This document shows, piece after piece, positions 26,434 through 39,062 of a DNA stretch of 64,000 bases. The translations under genes and the position numbers were made by a program. Below the pieces are notes generated by a model. That model was not told the DNA's origin. It ran no database searches and saw only the letters and a list, made by a program, of their open reading frames with translations. The DNA comes from Lama guanicoe (taxonomy: Eukaryota): contig MU053513.1 in assembly GCA_013239625.1 (NCBI GenBank), positions 3,578,303 through 3,642,302 on the forward strand, in the 5' to 3' direction. Each line of letters opens with the position of its first letter. Position 1 is the stretch's first letter.

Positions 26434-26560
26434 TTTATTTTATTTGGGGGGGGGTAATAAGGTTTATTTACCTATTTATTTTTAACAGAGGTGCTGGGGA
26501 TTGAACCCAAGACCTTATGTATGCTAAGCATGCGCTCTACCACTGAGCTATACCCCCCCC
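26434..26560 (-). mobile_element. tRNA-Ala-derived SINE (vic-1-like), copy 2 of a tandem pair
   Basis: The reverse complement GGGGTATAGCTCAGTGGTAGAGCGCATGCTTAGCATACATAAGGTCTTGGGTTCAATCCCCAGCACCTC resembles tRNA-Ala(AGC) and is followed by an AT-rich SINE tail. Confidence 0.9.
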
Positions 26561-26567
26561 ATTCATT

Positions 26568-26902
26568 TTTTACTGAGAATAACTTTAACCCAGAGGCTAT
26601 GCTCCAGGAAGGAGATAACAGGCTGATGATCTCAGAAGAATGGACAGACCCCCTGGAGTTCCTCCTGAAGATTCATTGAGGGTAAGAGGAATGTAGCATC
26701 CTGTAAAACACCCTGAGTGTTATCACCTTTTCTGTTCCATCCAGTTTTTCGATAAAACCTCAAGACCTCAACCCCAAGAGGGGCTCACGGTCTTTAAGGC
26801 ACTGGCCTGCTGTGACTCCTTTGCCAGGCAAAGCAATAAAGCTGCTCTTTTCTTTGCTCCCAAACTCTGCCTCAGGGTGCAAAGGCCGATTTTTCGGTAA
26901 CA
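26568..26902 (+). mobile_element. ERV1-class solo LTR
   Basis: Ends ...ggccgatttttcggtaaCA. AATAAA at 26835-26840 lies within ctttgccaggcaaagcaataaagctgctcttttct, typical of MER41-like ERV1 LTRs. TATA-like gataaaa at ~26751. Confidence 0.75.
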
Positions 26903-29757
26903 TTAAGATCTACAGAACGGAAGATTTCTCAAGTCAGTGATTGTGATGAGAAACTTGTCCTGATGGGTCAGAGGGTCTTGTTAAATGTGGTACTTAGCAG
27001 GGGGCCTTTTTTTAAACCCCCCTTGATTAGTTACTCTGTCAAATAATTCTGGTTAAAGCAACATGTCTTGATAATGTTGACATTTTATTCCAATATACCT
27101 GAATAAATATTGACAGAAAATTGTTAGTTATTAGTTAATCTTTTATAAACCTAGGTAAGTGCTGTTTTGCAAAAATACAAACCAGTGTATTCCTTATGCA
27201 TAGGGAACGTGATGGAAATGCAATACAAAAAAATGGCTTTTCACATAATGAACATATTAAACTGAGTCTTAAATATATAAATGTATGCATTAGCATAACA
27301 GTCACTAACGATCATTTAAACATAACCTGGGTGGTATGCGTGCTTATCAAGCTTCTGTGATTATTACGTTTCCCCTCTGCTTCACATATTCACTGCATCT
27401 TGATTTACATCATTTCAAACTTTTTTGTTTCCTGAAGAATTTGCTAGAAAACCTTGACTGCTCAAACTCATTGTTTTCTGTTCTATTTTTCTCTTTGTAT
27501 GTTTACTAAGTACTTACATTATGAATCAGGTACAGTCTAGTATGAAATAAAGTAGCTCATAAAGTAAAAAGCTTTCCTGAGCTATAGTACAGAATTGTGT
27601 GTGTGTATGTGTGTGTGTGTGAGTGTGTGTATGTTTAGGAAGCACAGAGCTAGAAACAGATTAGTGCAAAAGCCGTATGAAATTTTAAAGGCAAATTATT
27701 TTCCATAATTCCTGAAGTTCTGAAATAGATTTTCTAGAAGCAATGTGTGACAGACATTACTTACTGAATTATAGTTGTTAGTTTTTCTAATGAGATTTGA
27801 GAACAAATTAGAAAGATAAAACTAGCTAATCTGAGCGAGTCTTTAACGTAAGCTAGCTTTGACTGTATTTACCCGTTTTCCTCCTGTGTGATTCATTATT
27901 TGCTTGATACACTGAATTTCTCCATCCCACATTTTCCTTTCTTTACCCACTGGACCCAGCCTTTCACCCAAGTCTAGCTCCAATGCCACCTCCTTAATCT
28001 GAAGGCTTTCCTGGTGTCTTCAGCTAAATGTGAACCACCCTTCCCTCCCTCCCGAGGCCCTTGTAGTCCCCTTCGAGCACTCTTTGAGTCCTTCCTGTGT
28101 TACAGTATTGGTGCATTCCCACGACTACACTGCACCTACCTTCACCAGAGGATTTGTTTTGTATTCATCTTTGTGTCCTGGTAGTGCCTCACGGTGTAAG
28201 TCCCCAGTGAAATAAAATCAATTCTGTTCAATACTCAGAGAAAACTGTTCAGAGGTCGAAATCAACGTAAAGGGAAATTTTTGGTCAGGATGCACTGTAT
28301 TTTGAGTGCTGTCTGTCAGTGAGTACCCCAGGTCCTGAGCCTCTAAGATCAAGAGGTCTTGGAGATGAGATGGGTGAAGGCACTTTTGGTCATTTTGGAG
28401 GCTAGAAAGTCACCAGAAGCTAAAGGCAAGAGAGGAAGATGTAAAGGTGATCCTTTCCTCTCTCTAAAGTTTTTGCTGATAAGCTAAAGGAAAACAGAGT
28501 GGGTGGCTTGGGTGTGGGGTTAAAATTGAGCTGGGTTTTTAGGAAATGAGTTCAGAAGGAGACGGAAAATTTGTATTGAGGACCTGTGATGTGTCAGACA
28601 TTTTACATTTTACCTGTGATTTTTAATGTGAAACGGTAATAATCATAATCATAATACTTTCTCACATTCATGGAAATAATCTCATGCTTCTTATAAATGA
28701 CTTCACATCATGATCTCATGATTTTCCAAGCTGTGACATGAGTAATGTATGGATGATACCCTTCCTTTCATAGAAGCTAAGACATAAAACAGCAAACTGA
28801 CTGGTTCAAAGTTACATATTGAGTCAAATACATAGGCCTTAAATATAAACTGTTTCTTGTTTAACCCTCTTTCTATTACATCTTTCTATGTTATAAACCC
28901 AATAATGTCACTTTATAATTGTTTTATACAATAGTCTTTTAAATCAAAAGTTGAGATTTTCATTTCTGCATGTGCATCAACACCGGTTTTATTTTGTTGT
29001 AAAACTTTCATGAATTAGAATGTGTGTGGGTAATTTTTTATTTTTCAACACAGAGAATACCATAGCTTCAAAATTTTGGGTAAATATGTGATACTAAATA
29101 GAAGCACATCTTACCTCTCATTTGTGACTCATTTGCTGACAGAGAGGGGGAAAACAGCCGTTAAGAAGTACGTGTAAACTTCAGAGGTGAGAAATATTTC
29201 TCATCTGAATTTAATGCTGGCCTAAGTGGAAGACGGTAGTGGACTCTCCTTGGATTGGTGGTGTCTTGGCATAGAAGTGATGTCCAGTACTCCTTTTTAA
29301 CTGAGAGCATGGGGCTGTCTAGTAGACCTGAGTCAAAAATAAATGTCGTAGACATTCTGATGAGTTCCTGGAAGAATGAGAAGACCTAGGAGGTTTTAGT
29401 TAAGAGTTCAAGTGTGGGTTTGACCCCTGGCTGATCACTGGGTTGTGTGAGCTCTTCTGGTTACTTCAATTCAGGTATCACATTAGTCTGGAAGCCTTGA
29501 GAATGATTGGGGTTGGGCTGTGACCTGACTTACCTGCAGAATGCCTGAAGCACCCACCTGTGCACAGCTGTGTGACCTCTGCATGAAGCCACTATGAAGG
29601 ATGCTGTCTCTGTCCTCTAGGAGCCCTTTCCTGTGGCTCTGGGATGATCAGGGAAATTGGTGGCTGAAGTAATAGACAACTGCAGTGATTCTACAGGTTG
29701 AATCCATATGTGTTCTTTAGAAGTAGAAACTTTGCTCTAAAATACTCTACTTATTTT

Positions 29758-30500
29758 TTTTAACATTTTTTATTGAGTTATAGTCATTTTACAATGTGGT
29801 GTCAAATTCCAGTGTAGAACACAATTTTTCAGTTATACATGAACATAACATATATTCATCATCACATTTTTTTTCGCTGTGAGCTACCACAAGATCTTGT
29901 CTATATTTCCCTGTGCTATACAGTATAATCTTGTTTATCTGTTCTACATTTTGAAATCCCAGTCTGTCCCTTCCCACCCCCTGCCCCCTTGGCAACCACC
30001 ACAAGTTTGTATTCTATGGCTATGAATCTGTTTCTGTTTTGTTCTTTTCATGTTCTTTTTTTTTTTTAGATTCCACATATAAGTGATCTCATTTGGTTTT
30101 TTCTTTTCTCTTTCTGGCTTACTTCACTTAGAATGACATTCTCCAGGAGCATCCATGTTGCTGCAAATGGCATTATGTTTTCAGTTTTTATGGCTGAATA
30201 GTATTCCATTGTATAAATGTACCACATCCTCTTTATTCAGTCATCTGTTGATGGACATTTAGGCTGTCTCCATGTCTTGGCTATTGTAAATAGTGCTGCT
30301 ATGAACATTGGGGTGCAGGTGTCTTTTTGAAGTAGGGTTCCTTCTGTATACAAGCCCAGGAGCAGAATTCCTGGGTCATATGGTAAGTCTATTCCTAGTC
30401 TTTTGAGGAATCTCCATACTGTTTTCCACAGCAGCTGCACCAAACTGCATTCCCACCAGCAGTGTAGGAAGGTTCCCTTTTCGCCACAGCCTCTCCAGCA
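29758..30500 (-). mobile_element. Young 5'-truncated LINE-1 (ORF2 C-terminus + 3'UTR)
   Basis: ORF 30237..30443 is L1 ORF2p C-terminal sequence ([36 protein letters not shown]). Perfect 20-nt TSD taaaatactctacttatttt at 29738-29757 and 30501-30520, followed by aaaaaa. Confidence 0.95.
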
Positions 30501-32727
30501 TAAAATACTCTACTTATTTTAAAAAATAATAGTGGGAGGAAAGGTAATTGTTAATTTACAAGCCTTTGGGGTGAATAAAATATGAAAGAAGAATCCTTAG
30601 AAAAGTGGCAAATCTTACCCCATCTTATTTCTTCTTCATGAACCTAAGGCTGCCTCACCAGTGAGATTGGCAGAAATATTGCTGAAATAACCCAAATGAC
30701 TAGAAAGTGCTTGAGAAATGTACACATTATTCCTGGCTTGTGACTTCATCTTCGCTGTCTCCTCTGCAGAAAGCAAGTTTGAAATCTGGTGGGCAGTCAG
30801 GCTTTTAAAATGTGAGAGCAGAGCACTTCTTCAGTAAGTCGGTTTTATGACACGTTCCGGCCAATAGTTGCATAAGCAGCATTATGAGAACCCTAACTGG
30901 CATCAGTCTATGTTGGAGAGTGAATAAAAAGTACCAGCAAAAATGAACTTTAAAAAGACAGCTTTAGTGGACATTTCATTATTTGTTCATAACAAATATT
31001 TAATCAGCAGCTACTATGACTCAGAACCACTGTTCCAAGTGGTAGACAAAACAAAGCCCCTACCCTCTTAGAGCTTAAATTCTAGTAAAGAAGACAGACA
31101 ATAAATAAGACAGCTGTATGATGACTATGGGACTTCTTGTTTAGAAAAAGCTGAATTTTAATTTTCTTTCATGTTGGAGAGTATAGTTGTGTTTGTGTGG
31201 AAGTATCTGAGAAAGAGAGAGAACATACGTTCATCTGTATGAATTTCACAAACATAATATAAGGGAAAGAGACAACCCCCCTCACATCCCATTTATGTGA
31301 AGCCAAAAATGACCCAAACTAAATTATATTATTTAGGAATATATAAGAGATGATAAACTACAAGAAAAAAAGGAAATGATTATCACAAAACTAAGGAGAG
31401 TGATTCCCTCTGGCAAGAAGGTAACCGCTCATTAGTATTTTATTGTATGACTACCATAATTTATCTTCTCTACTTTTGATGGACTTCGAGTTGTTTTAAA
31501 GTTTTGGCTGTTACAAACAGTGCTGCCATGCACATTATTGTACATGTATTTTTTATACACATAGGCAGTACTTTGGGATATATATTTAGGAGTGAGATTG
31601 CTTGGTCATAGGGTAAAATCATGCCACACTTCCCCAAAGCGGTTCTACCCGTCTTCTCTCTAACTGGCAGTGTATGAGATCCTGCTGCTCCACATCTTGG
31701 TCAACATCACATTATCAAGATTTTCACCTTTTGCAAGTGTTTGGTAGTATATAGTTATTTCTTTTTGTGGTTTTCATTTACATCTGCCTAATTATTAACG
31801 AGATGGAATACTGCTTTATTATTTATTGACCATTTGTATTTCCTCCTCTAAGATTCCTGCACAAGTCCTTCGCTCACTTTCCCATTAAGTTGCTAACCCT
31901 TTTCTCTTTGATCTGTAAGAGTTCTTTATATACTTTGGGTATTAGTAATTCAATGTTATAGGTGTTGTAGTAACCTCTATGAATGTCTTGTCCCTTTTTC
32001 TAGTGAGTCTTAATAAACAGAATTTCTTATTTTTGTTGTAGTTAAACTTATCATTTGTTTCCTTTGTGACTAGTGCTTTTTGGACTATTGCTTAATAAAT
32101 CCTCTCTCTAAGACTTTATAATTTTCTTTCACTTTAAATCTTTCTATCTGGAATTGATTTTTTTTTTGTCTGATGTGAGGTAGGGGGTCCGAGTTTATTA
32201 TTATTTTTTCTTTATGGGTATCCATTGTCCTATCACCATTTATTGAGAAAAATGTACACTTATAGGGTTTTTGGTATCTGTTTTTAATCATAGTATTTGA
32301 TAAAATACTGAGAAAGTATGTTAAAATCTACTATGATTATAGATTTATCTGTTTTTTTTCTGTAGGTCTATACATGTACATTTAAAATTTAATTGCATGT
32401 AATTAAAACTTTTACATCTTCCTGGTTAATTGGTCCTTTTATCATTATGTAGTGACCTTCTTTATTGGAAGTAATGCTTTTTAACTTCTGTTCTCAGAGA
32501 TTATGTACAAACCCTTTTTAAAAAATTACTATTTACATGCTGTATCTTTTTCCATCCTTTTGCCTCAACCTTTTTCTATCTCTATTTTTTGGAGATATAG
32601 ATAGATAGATAGATAGATATAGCATATAGTTGGATTTTTTTAATCCAGTATGACACTTTTTGTTTTTCACAGGCACATTTAGTCCATTTATATTTAATGT
32701 ACTTGCTAATATATTTGAGTTTATATA

Positions 32728-33090
32728 TGTCTTAATCTGTTATAACAAAGTGCCATAGACTGGGTGGCTTAAATAGCAGATACTTATTTCTCACAATTCT
32801 GGTGGCTGGGAAGTTCAGGATCAAGGCACCAGCTGATTTCGTTCCTAGTGAGCCATCTCTTTCTGGTTTGAATATGGCTGCCTTCTCACTGTGTCCTCCC
32901 ATGGCAGAGAGAGCTAGCTCTGGTCTCTCTTCCTCTTCTAAGGACCCTTACTCCATTGTGGGGGGTCCCACCCTCATGACCTCATCTAAATCTAACTATC
33001 TCCCAAAGACGCTTCCTCCAAATACCATCATAGGGGGTGTTGGGACTTCGACATGTGAAATTTGGGAGCGCACAAACATTCAGTCCAACA
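32728..33090 (-). mobile_element. MLT1A/A0-type MaLR solo LTR
   Basis: TG...CA ends and a 5-bp TSD atata on both sides. Diagnostic ccatagactgggtggcttaaa...tttctcacaattctgg...caccctcatgacctcatctaaatct. Confidence 0.9.
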
Positions 33091-33107
33091 ATATATATCA
33101 CCTTACG

Positions 33108-33490
33108 TAGGTATTCCCCACTTTTCAAAAGTTTACTTCACATCACTTTGCTTTTATGAAAGACCTACATTAGTACCTGTTTTCGCTCACCGATAGAAAC
33201 CTGAGGAGGACTTTAGCTTTTACTGAAAGGGTGAAAAGTGAAAATGGTTTTGTAGCACAGCCATTGTAGAGGCACCTCCAAGCTCCTTCCCCTAGAATTA
33301 CCCTCAGCATCTCAGCGTCAAGCCGCCATAGCACTGACCTGTACCTGTGAGCACCTGTGCTTTATCTCAGTTTCCATGGTGCATCTGTCAGCAAGACATG
33401 TCCTAAGGCACTTGCTTCTTTGCTTTATGCCATTTTGGCTTACGAAAGGTTTCATAGAAATGCTCTGCTTTTGAATAGCAGGGAAACCTG
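33108..33490. mobile_element. Tigger1-derived non-autonomous element (Tigger1a_Art-like)
   Basis: Ends taggtattccccacttttcaaaag and ctttgaatagcagggaaacctg followed by TA. Internal gaaagacctacattagtacctgttttcgct matches the recalled consensus. Confidence 0.8.
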
Positions 33491-36400
33491 TATTGTGCTT
33501 TCTCATTGTCCCAGGTGTTCTATATTTATTTCTCTTCTCTTTCTTATCTGATTTTGGATTGGCTAATTTTTCTTATTCCATTTTCCTCCCTACACTATTT
33601 TCAAAGTAATAAATACTGATTCTGCTTTTTTAAAATTGCAACATACACACTCATTAAAGTTTAAAGTTTATTAATATTTTACCCTCTGTTTACACAATAC
33701 AAGAAGCCTGCAATACTTCAACTCTTGGATTACATTCTATTATTGTCATAATTTTCTCTTGTTTTATTTAACCCCACAGACTTTATTATTATCACTTTCT
33801 ATAGCCTCTGATTGTGCTCCTCCTCCTTTCTTAAGTCTTCACTCTCCATTTCTTCTTTCCTCAAAGACCTTCCACCTGGCTCACTTTTTCTTCTCTCAGA
33901 AACACATCCTTAGTGTATTTTAGTGAGATTCTGCTGGTGGCAAACTTTTTCTTTCTTTTCTTTTTTTTCCCCATACATGTCTCTATTTCATCTTTTTTGG
34001 GGAACATGTTTTCTCCAGATATGATGACACTGGATATCACTAGATACACAATTCTATGTTAGCAATTACTTTCTTTCACTGCCCCTCTCCCTCATCTCTG
34101 TTCTCTTTCTGGAAATCTCATTTGACATATATTAAAACTTCTCACTCTATTCTCAGTGTATCAACTATTCTTTAATATTTTTTACTCTTAGTTTTGTTGT
34201 GCTATGTTCTGAATAATTCATTTAGACTTGTTTTCTAGTTTGCCAGTTGCCTCTTCAGCTGTGTCTAATCTGATGTGAAACTTATTCACTAAGTTTTATA
34301 TTTATTTATTGTGTTTTTCACTTCTAAATTCAATTTGATTCATTTTCAAATCTGCTGGATAATTTTGTATAGTTCTTCACACATATTTTCAAGTTTGTCT
34401 TTTATTTATGAAAACCAGTTAGCATAGTTGTTTTATAATCTGGGACCAATAATTTAAGTGTCTGAAGACTTTTATGGGTCATTTTTGTTGTCTGTTGATT
34501 ATCTAATTTTTCTGTGGTGTCTTGTTTCCTTATATAATTTGTTTCATAATTATGAGGTGCATATTTTCATTATTTCTGAGAATTCTTAGAATAAAGATGA
34601 ATTCTAACAGAAGTGTATTGTTGTCTATCTGTCTCTCAGCTTCCTAGGAACACATGCAGATTAAATTCACTTTAGATACATTCACATACACTGCAAACTC
34701 AAATGAGAGTGTTGCCCCCCATCTTTCTGCTCAGTGTCAGTATAACTTTCTTGAGGGTGAGATGGGTCTCATTGTGAGAGGACAGCCCTTTGAAGTTCCC
34801 ACTTATGGGAGGGGCAGTTTCCTACTTGACTTGTCATCGTGAGCAGTCTCTGGGCTGGGTCTCCTGTCCCCTTTGCTCCCTGAGTTTGCTAAGTTGGTAA
34901 AATTCTTTGAGGCTATCATGGCTTTAACATATCTTTCTCTCTCTGGGTTCCCGCTCTCACGTAGATTTTGGTCAGGTATTTCTTCATTGTTTTGTCAGTT
35001 TTCCAGTGCTTTTAAGCTGTACATCCAGAATTTTAAGTTGTTTTTGTTGAAAGAGAGAAAAAGAGTTGAACCTCTCATACTTCTGGAATTGGAGCTAACA
35101 GGTAGACTTTTCCTTACAGATTTATCTTCACAGTTTTGTTTTGCTTCCATCATGGAAGATTTTTTAGGCAAATCCTTGTCTTGAGTGCTGTATTTCCCTT
35201 CCGTAGTTTCTCACTCATCCAAATGTGTGCAGAATGTTAAAGAAATAAGCCCCCAAAGTGTTCTTTTGACATTGAACTCACAATATGTTCAGTCTCTTTG
35301 CAAAAACCCATTTTGTGGGGCAGAAAAACTCATGAGCATTTCTACCTCACACATGCTCCACAGAATTTGCAAACACAGAAACTCTATTTTTATCTTTGAC
35401 TTGATCCAAGGAGACAGTACTCCTGGAGGGAGTAAGATAAGCCCCCAGACATCCATTCCAAGTGCTTGTCTTGTTCTGTAACCCCACCCCCACCCCCAAC
35501 CCCAAGGGGAGCAGAAAAGAATATACATTTTTCTCTTTTGCTCTCTCTCTAACAGTTCGGAACAGTAACAGTTCAGAGTGGGTCGTGCTGTAGGCTGTGT
35601 ATCTCTGCTGTCTGCTATTCCCCTGAAGGTCATTGTAAGTGACTAGTTTGACTGGTTAAAGACCACAGTTTACCATAATTTTCCCTCAATTATCCTAAGA
35701 GTAGAGGCTTCCACATGATACAGATTCTAGTAGTGTACTCCACCTGCAGTTTTTATTTATCAGACCATGATGCCTTGTGGGTAGAGATTATGCACTAAAA
35801 CATGTTTTCTTCCCTGCATTTCAGATGCAGGGATAGTGGTGTTGCCCCAGTGATTATTATCTTCCATTTTCTTGAGTTGTGGCCAAAGTCATAGTTGATA
35901 AGCACTTTAATTTTGTTCTCATCAATAACCTGTGTACGACATGAGGAAGTAGGAGAGACATGTTATCACCAAACTCCTTTATGCACTTGTGATAAATTAA
36001 CAAATTCTTGCTGTTTTTCTTTAGTGGTGTTTATTCTTCAGTTGAACAGAATGTCTTTTAAACTTTCACTTTAAAGATGCATTTCTCCCTCTTTACAACA
36101 GTTAATGTTTGTATTTATATAATGACGAAAACGATCACCTCCCCCAACCTTTGTTCATTTATTGTGCTATCGCCTGACTCTGTAGATGAAAAGACAAGAT
36201 GAAGTCACTTATTTTTATTTTTCGGATGAGTATATTTACTGGTTGTGAAGTTGTTCTTAGAAGGTAGAGAAAGAGGGCCTGGCATGATAGTAAAATGTAT
36301 AACCTATGAAACTGAAAAATAATAAGCAGTTCCTTCAGTGTAATTAGAGTATGTCATAGGTCTTTTTTTTTGAATGCCTCATGTTAAGCAATAAAATACA

Positions 36401-38048
36401 GATATAGCTAGAAAGAAATATTAGAAAACCCAAGCTGATAACCTTCAAACTCAATTCACGTTCTTGTTTGCTTCTAGACTCTTTTAAAATCAATATTGAT
36501 TCAGAATTTTATTTATTCTGAGAAGGTGTGTGATTATCCAATAATTCATGGCTGTTCCATAGCACAAATTCATGGCTTTGTCACAGTAGTCAAGAAAAAT
36601 CATTTTTTTTAGAAGTGCATTTCCAATGCCCCCTAAATGTGCATCTTTCAGCACTGCCTATAAAATCAGTCTATTAAGCAGCAGCCTGAGTGCTTTATGT
36701 ATGTTTGCTTTGCCTGCTCCGTGGAAGTGGTGGTTGCTTCTTTTAGGTATTGCTTCTAAGGCTGGCATTCTCACTGAGTGTTAATAATTTGTGTCCATAC
36801 ACTTCAAATGATGATGCAGATTACTTAGAAGCCAACCCTGTAATTAGAAAAACCTTTTTTAAAGCAGGAGATTTGACATGTTGGTGTAACACAGGGTGAT
36901 TTATCATCCGTTTGTTTGGGAAGTTACTCGACTGGGAGAAAAACAACCGTCGTAAGGTCATGCCACTGTGGTATTGTTTGGTTTAGGTTAGTGTGGAAGG
37001 AGTCTCATTTGCATTTCCATTAATCTTACCATGTCCAATGTGGGGTCATGTTTCTGCTCGAGATGAGTTTCTGGAACGCACATCGTTTTCTGCATGAGGC
37101 CTTGCAGTCATGAGGCGATGAAGCATGGTGCCATGCCCTTGCTTTCACCCCCATCAAATGTATCCCTCTGCCATGCTTCTGCGGTTGCCTCAGCCTCTCT
37201 CATGGCTGCAGCCTTGGCTGGGCACCACCATCTTATGTCTGAAATATGATAGCAGTCTTCTTGTTGGTTCCTCTGCCTTCACTTTTCTAGTTCCTCTGCA
37301 TCATGCAGAAGCATAAACACATGAAATGGTGTAACTTTCTCAGAAGACCTGAATTGAGGGGCTTTGTAACTCCTCCTCCAGCTCCCGATGACATGTGTCA
37401 TTCCCCTAACTGCTCCCATGTCTCCTCCCCCAACACTGCTCTATCCTGTGGCTCAGCGTGTGCTTTTGTCCTGCTTTCCCAAGGGGACACGAAATTCTGT
37501 CCTGTAAGCATGTGTGACATCCCTCTCCTCCACAGAGGTATTCCACAAATGTCATACCCAGCTTAGTAATTGAAACCTTTCTAGAATTATTGGTGTCACT
37601 TTTAGCCAACATGACAGCTCAAGTTGGGTTGCTTAGATTCTACACAGATCTATTTTGCTGCTCAGGGTAATTTACATATACTGTACTATTTCCCAGTTAG
37701 ATGGTCACCATGAAGGCAGAAATTGTTTCCTCTGTTTAAATTTCTTATTTTTTGCCACTATCATTTTATAAGTGACAAAATGGAAGTTCAGAGGAAAAAA
37801 AGCAGTTCTTTCAAGATCATATAGCATGATGTAGGTGGCAGAGATGACATTTGATGCCAGGTAATTTGATACCCAATTTTTATTCACCAGTATGAAATAC
37901 TGCCTCCCTTATTCCTTTGTTTACTCCTACTAGTCCTGACATTACAAATTGGGTGCTAAGTTAGGGTTAGTAATAGGGAGAGTAATTTTTTATCTCAGTG
38001 CATTTCTAGGAGTCTATTAACTTGCTTTTAATCCAAATTGAAATCTTT

Positions 38049-38313
38049 CTTTTTTAAAATTTTTATTAAGTATAGTCAGTTTACAACATTGCATCAATTT
38101 CTGGTATATAGCATTATGTTTCCATCATCCATATACATACATATATTCCTTTTCATTTTCTTTTTCATTATAGGTTACTACAAGATATTGAATATAGTTT
38201 CCTGTGCTACACAGTAGAAACTTGTTGTTTATCTGTTTTATATATAGTGGTTAGTATCTGCAAATCTCAAACTCCCAATTTATCCCTTCCCACCCCCGGT
38301 AACCATAAGTTTG
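38049..38313 (-). mobile_element. Short LINE-1 3'-end fragment
   Basis: Same family as 3829-4055 (shares gttactNcaagatattgaatata and gttagtatctgcaaatctc). TSD caaattgaaatcttt (38034-38048) / caagttgaaatcttt (38314-38328). Confidence 0.88.
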
Positions 38314-38567
38314 CAAGTTGAAATCTTTATAAAATGATTAGGTGACGATTGTCAAGATTGATCTCCTATTTGTATTTTCATAACCTAAATTAAAGACGTG
38401 AGAGTTCAAAATTACACTGACATTCTTTTTAAACTTACTCTATAAACATTTATTGAATACCTGTTATGTATATACCAGGCACCAAAGTAGGTAATGCAAC
38501 AGAGCAATAACCAAGGTACAATTTCTGCCCTAAAGGAGCTGTTAATCCAATAGGAGGAATAGTCATG

Positions 38568-39062
38568 TGTATTAGCTTCCTCTTGCTGCTATAACGACTG
38601 ACCACAAATGAGATGGCTTAAAAAGCACTCAAGTTTATTATCTTATAATTCTGGAGGTCAGAAGTCCAAAATAGGTCTCAGTGGGCTCAAATCAAGGTGT
38701 CAGCAGGACTGCATTTTTTCTAGAGGCTCTAGGAGAAATAAATTTTCTTACTTTTTCCAGCTTCTAGAGGTTGCCACATTTCGTGGCTCATCACCCACTT
38801 CCATCATCAAAGCCAGCAATGGCTAGTTAAGTTTTCTCACATTGCATCGCTCTGATCTTGTTTCCATTGTCACATCTCCTTCTTCGATTCTTCCTTCTCC
38901 CTCTTCCCCATTTAAATAGGACTCTTGTGATTACATTGGGCTCACTTAAGTAATACATAATCTCCACATCTCAACTTAATGAAATCTGCAAAGTCCCTTT
39001 TGCCATTTAAGGTAACATATTCAGAAGTGTGAGGGATTAGGGCATGGGCATCTGTCTACCAC
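38568..39062 (-). mobile_element. MLT1C/D-type MaLR solo LTR
   Basis: tgtattagcttcct...ttctggaggtcagaagtccaaaataggtctcagtgggct...ctgcaaagtcccttttgccatttaaggtaacatattca. Confidence 0.85.

Larger units (their letters stand above)
31260..35090 (-). mobile_element. Ancient L1ME/HAL1-like fragments, interrupted by MLT1A and Tigger insertions
   Basis: gttttggctgttacaaacagtgctgccatgcacatt...taggagtgagattgcttggtcatagggta, followed by ORF1-like T-rich text at 33900-34600. The 31260-31420 piece appears to be in the opposite orientation. Confidence 0.7.

Noticed and set aside
26487..26558. tRNA-Ala(AGC)-like gene on the - strand
   Set aside because: It has a SINE tail, two related copies occur in the window, and stem positions are mismatched; it is a SINE head, not a tRNA gene.
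37007..37014. Octamer ATTTGCAT (also at ~16842 and ~24430)
   Set aside because: Several copies are expected by chance in AT-rich 64 kb, with no supporting snRNA-type promoter or composite motif.
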